The notes beneath the pieces are model-generated. The model was not told the DNA's origin. It did no database searches and saw nothing but the letters and a program-made list of their open reading frames with translations. A stretch of 62,840 nucleotides of DNA, filler included, from Vannella sp. (Eukaryota), in assembly GCA_023345925.1 (NCBI GenBank). It is 5 parts of 5 records of this genome, joined end to end, with 100 filler letters (N's around TTAATTAATTAA, not from the genome) between each part and the next. Parts side by side here need not be neighbours in the genome. Positions count along the whole stretch, not along the records: positions 8,588 to 31,167 come from JAJQQN010000111.1; 4 more parts are not named here. One strand, written 5' to 3'. This document shows positions 11,074-23,124 of this stretch, one piece after another. Position 1 is the first letter of the stretch; every line of letters begins with the position of its first letter. Made by a program: the position numbers and the translations under genes.

Positions 11074-14000
11074 CTACCACTCTTGCGTTGGCTCGCACAA
11101 TAGAGACTGCTGGTAGAGATTCTCGTCGCTGATGATTTCGAGGTTTTGAAGGAGATGGGCGACTCGAGCATCTTCTTGGATATTGTAGGTGAGTTGCTGA
11201 TAGTGCTCCAAGTCGTGAGTGATTTTGTGCATCAAATAGAACTTTTCCATGTTGACCAAATCCTGTCCTTGGCTGTTCTTGATGTGAAGCTCGTTTCCAA
11301 CATGAGTGATTGTAAGGTCCCGTAAATAGACCCCAAAGTAGGGTAACTGTGCCCCCGTTGATTCTTTCAGCCGCTGTCTATAGTTAGAGTAGTTCTTGCG
11401 GTTGTCCATGATGACTTCCAACTCGTTCACGCGTCTTTTGGCCTTGGAAGCCTTCCAAGTCTTTTTCAAACGAGCAACAGAGACATTGCTAAGGCCGGCA
11501 AGGACCTCCAGAAAGCCATTGTAGTTCTGCAGCTCCAGTAGCTTTTCCGCGAGGTTGACAAAGCGACGGAGAACGAAGGCTCTTTTCCTCAGGTTCGGTT
11601 GAATCACAATCTCTGTACTGACCCACCCGCTGACGCGGTTGAAGTGGTTCACCAAGGGAATGACTTCTTGGCCTTTGAAGGTCACGTAATGGATCAAACC
11701 CACAATATCTACTTCATGGAACATCCGTTCCTCTAAGAGTGTGAGTTGGCGCGCAACCTCTGTCACCGAAACGTTCAGAAAATCAATTTGGGATGACGAA
11801 AAAGTGCGGCGTAATTGGACACTAGTTGAGCGGTTCAGGCAACGTCCCTTATTATTCCAGTGAGAAGGATATCAGGGAGGCTCTCTGGAAGGGAACTTAC
11901 GAATTCAAGAAGCCTTTGGAGAGCTCTCAAATAGTCCGAAAACTCAGAGTCTGACCGCAACATCTCAATAAAGCTTCTAATCTTCTCTAGCATCAATTCG
12001 TTTTGGAAATCCTCTCGAAAGAAGCGATCCATCCACTTGCGGATGAAGAATATAATCCTAATTCAAGTAAGTCAAACTGGTTCACTTGAATTCAAGTACT
12101 CACCGGCCCTGCATCTCTCGAACGTAATTTTTGTGGCCTTGTAAACGCCCAACTGCCTCCCATTTGATGATGATCCTCGTAAGAAGCTGTTCTGGAGTCA
12201 TGAGCAGGCGATAACAGAGTAAGAAACTGTCCAGAGTATCCATATAAGTATTTTCCTGGCTAATCCAATCTACTAGGAACTCCATCGCACAGGCCTTAAC
12301 CCTGGGAATACAAGCTTTTGTGGCTTTAGGGTCGTTCAAGCTCTCTGAAAGCAGTGCACTCTCTGAATCTGAGGAGGTCTCAATTGGAAGGAAAAGTACG
12401 GATGCTTCCGGAAAGAGGGTTAATGGAGTAACAAGGGGGCCTGCTAAGTCTGCTGTTGCAAGAGTCCAGTTAGGTGAATCTAGACTACCATTACGATATG
12501 TCCTTTCCAAAGCCAAAAAGTTAGTGGTTGGTGTGCGGCGAATCTGCCTTCGAGGACTTGTGATAGTGGCGGGATTTGAAGTGGGCAAGTTTTCTTTCAC
12601 TTTGCGAGGTTGGCTGGCATTTACCATGCGAATAGTAGCCTCCCAGGAGTCCAAGTTTGGATCTGAGTGCCACCTCCTTGGGGGCGGTCTCTCCCTGGCA
12701 GTTGGGACTTCAATACGGCTGCTAGGTCGAGGAGAGACCATTTCACTGAGGAAGCTAAATGCTGGCGATTTTGATGCGGAAAGACTGGACTTTGCCATCG
12801 CTTTTCCTTTGGGAATCTTTGCTGCAAAGGCATAAATCTCTCCGCTTCGTTGGGATATGGAAACGGGAAGCTCCTTTTTCTCTTCTTTCTCTGCAGAGCC
12901 AGAGAGAAATTCCTCCAAGAGTATCCTTGGGGATTGAGCGGCAGCTGAAAGCTTACTTGGTGCGAATGGATCTTCTTCCTTCCGCTTCCTCTTCCTATTC
13001 CTTGTCAGGCGATGAATGCGTTCCTGGGACTCTGAGAGGGCTCTCCGAATAGGAATGGCTGAGTCGTCTTCATCTATGATTGAAGAAAAGTCTCCGGAAG
13101 TGGAAGGACTTTCGTTCTTTCTTTCAACGTGCGAACCGCTCGGACTTGAAGATGGAGAGGGGCCAGCTGTAAAGGAACGCTTCCTTCGTGCTTTCTCTCG
13201 TGTTCTTTTCAGCGTTAAAGGTGGTAATTTGATGGCTATGATCGGAGGGCGAGGTGATAGAATAGGGAGAGTTACTTCTTTTGTGGAGAGACTCTCTGGC
13301 TTTTTCTCGATCAGTTCCGGTGGCGGAGAGCTTGGCCTATTCAGCTCAAGAGGAATTGGTAAAGCGCGGGGTCGGAGTGCTGCAAAATGGCGACGATGAG
13401 GAGAGCGAGCAAGTTGAGAGGATGAAGTGGTGGGAGATATGCTGAGAGAGACGGGACTGGTACCAGATAGAATTCCAACTGCTTCTCGGAGTAGCTCGAT
13501 ATCTGAACGGCTTGTTGAGGAACGAGCCTTCAAAGAACGAATGGCGGTCTTCAATTTACACAACGCCGCTTCATTCACCATCTTCTGGTGTTCGAGAGAA
13601 GCCCGAAGATCATGTTCTCGAGCACGAGGAGTCTGCGAAATAACAACTCTGGCCCGCTCCTTCTTCTCTTTCGGCTCTCGCTTGTTTGATGTAAAGACTG
13701 GTGAGCCATTGCTCAAGGTAAGCTGCCCGTGTTGCATACTCTTGGTGGGAGACTGAAGCCCAAACAAAGGATTGGAGCGCACCACACCGGCTGGTGAAGC
13801 GACAGGAGGGCGCCGCTTGGAAGATTTCTTCTTTGCCGCAGCTTTATCATCTGAAGCAGCAACTTGAGCTTTGAGAAGGTTAAGTTGCTCTTGGAGTTTC
13901 TCTTTTTCCATAGCCAGAGAGCTCACAAGCACCTGAGATTCACGCACTTGCCCCCAACGACGGAGAAACTTAACAACACTCATCGCACCAACATCTCTCG

Positions 14001-15507
14001 CGTAGTGTTGGGCAGTGAGGCCACAGATGTCTGTTCGGGTAGTGTTGGCATAATGTGCCAAAAGGGATATTATAGATGGACGATGGCCAACCAGGGCTGC
14101 AAAATGAAGAGGAGTGCGGCCATTAATATCTGCAACGTTCACAACAGAAAGGTTCGCTCCGCCTTTGACCCGCCGCTCATTCTCCTCTAATAACATGTCA
14201 ATGAGGAGATTGAATCGAAGGGCAGCAGCAAAGTGGAGAATGGTACAGCCCATTGAATCAGTTCGGCGAAGGAGATGTTTGATGTCGATCTCTGCCATGT
14301 GCTCTCTAATAAACAGGAACAAATTGGCGTCCATGTCACGATAAGGATGACCTTGCATGCTACTTCCTTTGGAGTTACTCGCTTGGAGAACCAAATCGGG
14401 TTGAAACACTTGTAAATGGCCCAATTCTCCTCTGAGATGATGAGGAAGGCTGGCCATGACCAGATGCCAGAATTTGGCCACAAAATTGAGTCCCAAAGCT
14501 TCCGGGAACACTCCCGCTTCCATTAGGAAAGGTGAGGATAGACAGTGGAATGCCGGTCTACTACGAGGCAGCTTCAAATCGTTGCTGCTCACTCCAGATC
14601 TCACCTGACTCTCCGGAGTGACTTCCAGAGACATCATGAGTTGATAGGAGCCCTCTGGAGTCCCTGTGTCTTCAACAATAAGCTCAGAATCTTCCATTCC
14701 CGTTGATGCTCGGTGTGCGTAGTCCTGGGCCGTGAACTTTCGAGGAAGACGGCAAAGTTCAACATCAGAGGACGGTAAAACAGGCGCCATCACTCGTACG
14801 AAGAACTGGAGCTCGCTATTGCTCTCCAATACTTCCACCGAATGGAATCGAGACTGTAGACAAGGTTTGTGAGCTTGGCAGTTGTCGCAAGAGTCACAAT
14901 GAAGGTCCAAAAGCTTCTTTGGGATGACTCTGCTGTTGGGGAGATCAGCAGGGGTCACTTTACGCAAAGCTGAAAGGTTCTTGCCAAAGAGAGGGTTCTT
15001 GACGTGTACTTGGTCCTCCTCATCCTCGGTACCTGCCGAACGGGAGAGCATCACCCTCGGTGGGGTGGCAAGGGCATCCGTAGGTGCTTTGTAGCACACC
15101 TCAAAGATCCGTTGGTTCTTATCCTTCACTGCTAGCCTAAACTGGAGGGAGAGAGTCACTGATCCATCCAGATCCACACGAAACTGTAGCGAGTTGGGAA
15201 GGCTCGCTCGTACAGCAGTGGCCCGAAGGACAGAGCACTCAACATGAGAGTGACGCTGCATGATCTTGATTCGAAAGTGCATGAAAGTCTTCCTCAGCAA
15301 CACAGGCGGCACATCGTGAGTGAAGACGACGTAGTACAAAGCTCTGCGCCCCGCCCCGTTAACCAACTGAACCACCCACCGCTCTACACTCACTCCTTTC
15401 CCATGCGCCTTCTCTCGTTGAATCACACGCTCCACGTCCCTTCCCGCGCGTGCCGAAGGGGAACGGCCGCCAAGAAAATGAGCCAAAAGCGCCCAGAAGA
15501 GCTTCAT
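11074..15507 (-). CDS. Large ankyrin-repeat + RasGEF (REM + CDC25) protein; start uncertain
   Basis: ANK GCTILHFAAAL and GRTPLHFAAL; REM FLLCYRLLMTPEQLL; CDC25 VARQLTL...FNRVSGWV...LQNYNG...RLKKTW...PYFGVYLRDLT. Introns near 12100 and 11890. Confidence 0.88.
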
Positions 15508-15512
15508 CGTTA

Positions 15513-17662
15513 TTAAATGCTTTGAAGATAGCCCAAAAAGGCCACGGCGTTCTCCTGGGACTCTTCCAGCATGGAGGCAAGCTCGGGGTCGCGATTGGCG
15601 TGTTGGCGGATTCGGGTTCGGAAAACGGGAATGAATTGCTTCAAATGGGCTGCTAGATGGAGCGAACGGCAGAGGGGAGCAGCTTCGTCTTGTCCGAAGA
15701 GGTCAAAGAGGCCATTGAGGGCTTCATTGATGACGGAAAGTGACTCGTCGTTGAGTTTGGCCACCAGCGTTTGTCCGGATTGCTGCGAGAGAGGTGCGTT
15801 AGTGCTGGGACTGGTGCTTAAGAATAGAGCTTACTGTCATCACAGTAGTGTTAGTGGCGAACTGGGGCTTCTTCATACAGTGGACGAGCATGGAAATGCC
15901 ACATGAACGGATCTCGCCGGAGAATAGATTGTTGCAGAGCTTCCAGATACCCTCCAACTGGGCACTTTGAATCTAGCTTTCTGCTTTGAGTCCTTTGGCT
16001 AGAGGATGGTGGCTTGGAGGGAACTTACGAAGTCAAGTGAAGAGGAGTGGCATACGAACCCTCTCATGGCTGCCACGCATCCTTCCTGTGCCTTCAGTTG
16101 GTCGGGATGTGAAGAAAACTCAGTAAAGATGCGACCTAGTTCAGTCCAAATCTGATCTGCAGGAACAGGGAACTCTTCTGGGTTCACAGCGCCAAAGATG
16201 TTGGCCAAACAAGCTAAAGCTCGATAGGTTCGGTCCTGGAGGAAGTCAACCATCTCCGCGAAGATAGCAGGGCTCTCTTCCAGAGACTTAATCATCCCAG
16301 AGTCTGGAGAGAGACACATGTGCGTTAACTTGGCAATCGGAACGGAAACGACAAAGTGTTTCAGTTCCACAGGGAACGCGGCACTTTCGTCCGACATCTG
16401 GTCAGTTTCCCAATCATCCGAGGAGCAAATGTTAGTGAGAAGCTCCAAACTGGCAATCTCAGCTTCAACAGAGTTCTTAGTGAATTCCACTCCCAACATG
16501 AAAGTCATGTCCTTTCCCACTTCCTCTTCCGACTCCTTCACTTCCAGGATCTGCCTTTGTAACACAGTATCAGGATTCAGCTCAATAAGGGAGAAAGCCA
16601 GTGTCGGGAGGATGAATTGGATGGCACTCAGCGGACTTTGTCGATTCCGTATGTTATACAAGATAGCTGGGGAGCCTGCGTTAGTGATTCTGGCAAGGGA
16701 AATAGCGACTTACCTGCACAAAGCACTGGAACAATCGGCATCTTCCCGCTCGATAAAGTGACCTTTTCCTGTGCCAAGGCCAGGAGACGATCACATCCAC
16801 CGCTCTCGCGCATGACCGCATCAGTACCCGGCTGGTACTCGTCTGTGAGAGCAGCCAATAGATGTCCTGTAGAGAATCAGCGGAATGGCTGCCAGGGGAA
16901 GCGAGTCTGCGCACCTGCGGTCGTCGAAAGTTCGTGGGGGAAAGCTGCCATGTCCAGGAAGAGGAGGAGGTCTGGGACCAAGTTGGACTGGATGACAAAG
17001 CTCAAGACACTCTCCTTCTCAATGCTGAGGTTCCAAAGGATGCCAAGGGTCTGGTGGATGATCGTGGACGAAGTCTTCTTCTCGCTGGGGTTGTCGAGGA
17101 GCTTGAAGGCCTTTCGATAGGAGAGGAGGAACATGTCTAAGCTCTTTTCCTGAGTTAAGATACTGGCAACAGCTTCGTCCTTGCAGAGTACGAGGTTTCT
17201 AAGAGACAGGGAGATCAGATAACCGGTTGGTTCTCCGTTTGATCCTCACCGAAGGGCTGTGAGGGCTGAGGCAACGACTGGTGAGTTGTTATCTCCCACT
17301 CTCAAAAGGAGCTTCTGAGTCCCGTTGTTGCGGATCACCATCTTCAACAGATGAGGGACTTGCCGACAAGGGGAGGGGAGGCTGTACCTTGCAAGCGGAA
17401 GGATCAGCTAGCGCCATAGACAAGAGGTTACACGCCTTCTTCCTCATCACACCCGATTCATGGTCCAGCTATCCCGTTCGAAGACTTCATTAGCCCTCGA
17501 AGAAGAACTGCCATTGCCTTGAAGGTACACCCTGCCTACCTGCTCCAAGAGGGGTACCTTATTCTCTTCACTTTCAGTTGCACCAACAGAGCTCAACACA
17601 ACCGAAAGAGGATCACTGTCGTCCGCCCGAGAGCGGCGGACGCGCTGATCCTTCCCCACCAT
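15513..17662 (-). CDS. HEATR3: HEAT repeat protein HEATR3/Syo1 (5S RNP symportin)-like, multi-exon
   Basis: Basic N-terminus; LGILWNLS; SLELLTNICSSDDWE; C-terminal EALNGLFDLFG. Confidence 0.72.
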
Positions 17663-17730
17663 CAAAACATGTCCCAACGAGGGAGTGCCTCATTGCCTTT
17701 ATTCAGAAGGGAACCTGTTGACTACGTCGT

Positions 17731-19530
17731 TTAGCAGCTCATTTCAGCAGCGGATTTGAGGTCCATGAGTGTCTTCCGGCGATGCATGGGAGGGCGCATC
17801 TCATTCTCTCTGTCCATCTTGAGGGCCGCAGCAAAGTTGCCAATGACCGTTCCATCCGTGGCAGCACGTAATAGAGTGGGAGTGATGCGGGTAGCTCCTT
17901 CTTTCGTGAGACCCTTGAGCTTGACAGCCGCCATCCGCTCCACTTGCATGTCTCCATACATCTTGGAGAGCTTCCCGAGCATGAGGATTTTCCTTCTCAC
18001 CTCAGCTCTCTTCATATCCTTAACCTTCTGTGGATCCTCTACAACAGGGACCAGCGCCATCTCATCTGGCTCGCTGCACATTTTCAAGATGTTCAAGAGA
18101 ATCTCGCTCACTGACGGGATGGCGAGTCAGAGACTTCTCACAACACCACGGCAGTTCTCCTACCTTTCTCGCACACAAACGGAGTGGACCATGTGATGAC
18201 ATCCATGAAGTTGGGGAGCCAGTACGGGTGAGGGCTGTGTTGGAATTGCCGAATGTTCATGACCGTGTTCTCATACCTCATAACGGCTCCTTTGTTGCCA
18301 TACGCATCAAGATAGTTAGGGGCAGAGAAGAGGGTAATCAAAGTGGGGAATTGGTTCTCTTCATGCTGCCGGTACATCTTGTATCTGTCAGAGTATCAGC
18401 ATGTTCGATGTCTCTTCCATGGTCACTACACACCCAAGGTCCTGAGCCTCATGAGCCCGAATGACACAGAGAAGATCGTTATCATCCAAGAAACGAGTGA
18501 CTGCGCGGAACCTAAGAGAGAGTGAGCAAGTCTACCTCTCCTACCGCGCGGGACTTACCCATAAGAATAGGAGCACCCACGCGCTTCATTCGAGTAGAAG
18601 TCAGCGTTTGGTTCATCATTGTAGCTTTCCAAAGGATCAGACCACAGCAAGTCACTAAGGGGAACACGGGAAAGTTAGTGAATCCGGCCACAACGACTTA
18701 AGGGACGAACCACATCGGGCCAGACTGCGGGGGCTCCATGAAGCGATCAAGGGCTTGTATGTCAGATATCTATAAACAGGTAGGTAAGAGTCTGAGTAGT
18801 GAGGACGAGCAGGCCTTACAGAGCGGATGTCCGGGGACAGGCCACCGTGGACGCAAAAGAACTGCTCGTTCATGATTGCAGCCAACGGGAGAGTGTTGAA
18901 AGAATCGCACATAGCCTCATAGATGCTGATGTCATACTTTACAAGACCTGAGGAACGTCAGGAAGGAGGAGACTGGAAAGACAGCCGGATACGCACACTC
19001 TTCCTTCAAGGTAAAGCATGCCGTAAGATGACGGCATTCATGGTTCCCGCGGAGCATAAAGAAGCTTTGGGGAAAGTTGATCTTGTGGGCATAAAGATAC
19101 AAAAGGTTCTCGCATGAGAAGTAGCCTCGGTCAACATAGTCCCCAAGGAACAGATAGTTTGTTTCCTCTGGTTTACCACCCACTTCAAACAACTTAAAGG
19201 TATCATAGAGTTGTCCGTGGGTATCTCCACATACTGCAAAGTGTTCATCGTTAACAATCACCAAAGGGGAGACTATTTGCTCTTACTTGTGATAGGGCTG
19301 CTCACACTGACGACATTGTCTTCCTCACGGAAGATATCTGAGGCCATCTGAAGGAGTCGCTCCACATCAGCCTTACGAAGACGCCCTTCACGTCGAAAGT
19401 GCTCCTTCAAGGCCGCCAGATTCACCGTTGAATCGGTGGGGAACAGCGTAGTGCTATCCAGTAGGTATCGAACGGGATGTTCAACTGTCTTGATGAAACG
19501 AGTTGGGTCCTCCGGCGCGTCAACCTCCAT
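17731..19530 (-). CDS. PPP3CA: Calcineurin A (PP2B catalytic subunit), multi-exon
   Basis: [47 protein letters not shown], CaM-binding RRKILMLGK, autoinhibitory [10 protein letters not shown]. Confidence 0.96.
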
Positions 19531-19558
19531 GGCCGACCGATTTAGCAATAGACCTGGT

Positions 19559-20467
19559 TTATTTCATCTTTTCAGCAGCTGTGACAATCAAAAGACCAAG
19601 TGCCCCAATTATGGCAGCCGAGATAACACCAACAACCGCAACTTTGCCGAGGATGGAGATTCCGGTCATTAGGACGGTCTTGAAGACAAACGAGGGCAGT
19701 CCAATGATGATAGCCTTCATCACACCGAGGAGTGGGGCGAGGGGGCCAAGGAGAATGCTGGACGTTAACGAGGCAACGCTGTGGCCTTGGAAATCTCTCA
19801 AAGCCGTGAAGAACTGAACCAAAGCCGTGAGAATGTACAAAGCTGTGTTGGACCGGCTTTCCCCTCTGTTAGCGACAGGATCAAGCTCCTTCTGGGACCT
19901 TACTCGATGCCTGTGTTGAAGTCCTGCTGCTTGCGGATGTACACTAGATACGCAAGAACGAATTGGAGAAGTTGGGGCCAAAGACGAGACTAGCAGAGAT
20001 CAGGCCCACTGGAAGAGACGAAAGAGGGAACCTACCAGGACCGATCGGGGCATTGCGGAGGAAGAAGGGAGGAGTGCTAACGCCAAACCGGTAGAAGCAA
20101 CTCCCAGAAGGACTTTGGGATCAAAGAGGCGCTCTACAGGACTCAGATCTTCGTCATTGGCTCGACGAGCACGATAAGAGTTCGCTTGTGTGCGAGAGCG
20201 CGAGGCTTGCTGGAAGTTGTCGTATCCCTTCTTCTTTTCCTGCAGATTTCTACTGGCGTCCACAAAGCGATCTGAGGGCTCCCCATCGTCGGTGCCACAT
20301 GCACTCAGCAGCAAACGAGGCGATTGCCCGTTCATCCCTTCGAACACTTGTTGGGACCCGTTGAAGATGCGATAAAGTGTCCTCTCAAAGTCTCTTACTA
20401 CTTGTTCTTCATAGTTTGTGGCTTCCAGATGGTTTAGAACGTTGGCAACACGCGAGTGGATCTGCAT
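19559..20467 (-). CDS. Uncharacterised membrane protein with PTS2-like N-terminus
   Basis: ORFs 20000-20467 and 19559-19981 are joinable via two GT-AG introns; hydrophobic C-terminal helices; RVANVLNHL at residues 6-14. Confidence 0.6.
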
Positions 20468-20511
20468 GTCGGACAGAAAGAAAATGAAGTCTCGTTGGCG
20501 GTTTTAGTGGT

Positions 20512-21332
20512 TTATTGATAGTCTCCACCCATCACGCATGTCATCGTTGTGACAAAACGTTCGCAGGTAGCGCCTGTGTCCGTGCAGGTGGGGTGGCTGA
20601 TGACAAAGCCGTCGAGAGCTGCGACGGAACTGCCTCCCCCATCCAGGTTGATGGCGTTGTAGGCACCCAGATCCATCATCCATTCAGCCAGTTGTTCGAG
20701 AGTGAGCCCCATGTAGAGATCCTCTACACCATCAGCTTCGAACATGAGGAGGTGCCCCTCTTTGTCGACACCAATCGCTGTTCGGGGGGCAATGAGGCCT
20801 CCTGGCGTCGTCACTTGGTTTACTCCTTCACGTACTAACCATCCAAATCCTGTTAAGAGCTGTTGGAGGTCCAGAGAATGAACATCGCTGTACGTCATCT
20901 CTCCCATCACCCACTGACCGCCCTTGGTGATACCAAAGTTGGCATAGGTTGTGTTGAGAGCTTGTACAAGGACACCATCAGAGACGATGTTCCCAAGACA
21001 CGTTGGATGACCAGGAAGCTGATGCATGCTGAAAGGTCCCCCATTCGTGGCAAACAGACACCCCTCTAACAGAGCACGTCGGGATGTTTGAAGGTAGCTT
21101 CCACAAGTCCCCGGTGCTAGGAGTGGCTCGGGAAAGAGAACCCTAAAGTGGTCCAAAGGGTTCTCCACGCGTAGTGCGCGGTTGAGTTGAATCCGTTCTC
21201 TGTCCGTGTTTCATTGGTGTACTTGAGTCCAGCACGCGAGGATGTGCTCGTAGGAGCTGCTTGGAGGATGTAATCGCTCGTCTGCGTGTAAGCCAACGCA
21301 ACCAGAGCCAGTATCAAAGCAACCAGGCGCAT
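20512..21332 (-). CDS. Secreted phosphodiester glycosidase (NAGPA-like), with an apparent frame break near 21168
   Basis: Signal peptide MRLVALILALVALA; ATNGGPF, CLGNIVSDG, APRTAIG, AINLDGGGSS, CERFVTTMTC. Confidence 0.85.
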
Positions 21333-21373
21333 GAGGACTGAATCAGTGACTAACAGATGCGATTGGCATTAAA

Positions 21374-22948
21374 ATGAACCGCACAAGAGGAACGTCTTCG
21401 ACTCTCTCGTTGAAGGCTCTCTGGGGAGTTCCTGGGTCCCCTCCGGAAGGAGTGAAGGGAAAGGAAGGACACACTGGCTCTTCGTTGAGGTTATCTGCAC
21501 TGCCGTTACCTTTGCGGAGCGGGAAGGTTGTTTCTTACGAGGAGTTCTGTCAGCAGGCAGCGTCTGCCGAGCAGGTCACCCATCAGTGGTTCTCTCTGGT
21601 GTTTAGTGAGCCTCTTGGACCAGGTTCGTGGTCACTGGTGTGGCAGGACTCCCCCAGTGAGCTGTCCTCTCTAAAAGTGAGAGAATCGGAGCAGAAGGAT
21701 GACCTCTGCTATCTTCTTCAGGTCATGGAGGAGGTGGACATCCTTGGCGATTCAGCAGTACCAAACGGCACGTGGAGATGCTCAGTGAACATGAAGGACG
21801 CCAGTTCTGAAGGGAAGAAGTACTCGATATGCCTCCAAACCAATCTATCTCCTCTGAAAGTGCCATTAACAACCGCAGAAGGGCTTCTGACCAAAGACCG
21901 CGCTCAGCATCGATCTGTAGTGAGCCTGCTGAAGAGCGCATTGCAGAAGAACATCCGGAGGTGCCGCTCTCTTGCAGCTGTCCGGGTCGCTAAGTATCTC
22001 ATGCAGCTTGAGTAGGTGAACAAAGCAACAATGAAGGGTGCTCTCGCTCATCAGAGTAGATTCCCGCAGTTCGTCAGGAGATTGTGCATCATCATGCTAG
22101 AGGACGCACTTCTTCATCCCCAATTACCGCTCGTGGTGTGGCTGATGATGACAAGCACACATGGATATCATCCTCCCATGTTTCTTTTAGATCAACTGCT
22201 GCAGATCACGTACGAGCTTGCCACGGTTCCCGTTTACGACCCGCTCCCGCACGGAATGGACTCTCAACCGCTCTCCCAACAGGAAGTGAAAGCCTTGTTG
22301 GGAGAGACTCCCGAATACTTGTTGGTTAAGTGTCTCTTGACAAGGGCAGCGTACGGCGGGATGGGAGGCGATGTCGCCATGATGAACAGGTACGCCATTC
22401 TGTGGACAGATCGTTTTCAAGAAAAAGAGAAAAATTGGCACGCACGATTATTATCTTTATACTCATGTGGTTCTGGTCCTGCATGGAGGGATTGTCTGCA
22501 AGTTGAATTGGGAGATATTCCCGAAGAGGCTGTCGATTTTCATTGTACATCAATTGTGAGCTTTTTCTGAACGTTTTTTATTTCCTTCTCACCATCTGAT
22601 TTAGATAAGCTATACCCTTGCAGATAAGGAGATCATGAATAGTATTCGTTCCCAACTGGAGAGCGTTTTGGGGCACCAACTTGTAAGATACTCGAAGATC
22701 TTTGGCTCTGTCTCACTGGTTTGAGGCAGGACGATTCTGAGGTAAATCACCAGCTTCAATCCCTTATGTGGCAACACCGAAGCTCCCCCACTACCAAGCA
22801 ATCCCTTCTTGGTCCTCTTGAATCAAGCTTGCCATCATCCCATTTGGATGAGAGCCTGAGACTCATCTTCCAAACACCCATCCTTCAATTGGCTTTCACC
22901 AAGTTTTCGCGTCGACACATTAATTCGACACCCCTCCAAACGGGCTGA
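21374..22948 (+). CDS. Uncharacterised helical protein with SALQKNIRR / RRLCIIMLED motifs (MgsA/AAA C-terminal-like)
   Basis: Three-segment ORF joined by introns at about 22012-22059 and about 22556-22690; ends MWQHRSS...KFSRRHI. Confidence 0.6.
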
Positions 22949-23124
22949 CGTTGAGAACTCCCAAACAGATCAAAGCTCCTTTATCCAACCCATAGGATTG
23001 ACTGGACCAGGACAAGGGGAATGGAAGGCGTGGCTGTCCTCGTGTGCCTCGAAAGATGCCATTCGCAAGCTCAGTGCAGTTGTCTGAAAGGGGCGCTTGA
23101 AGTGGATGACCATCAAATGAAGTT

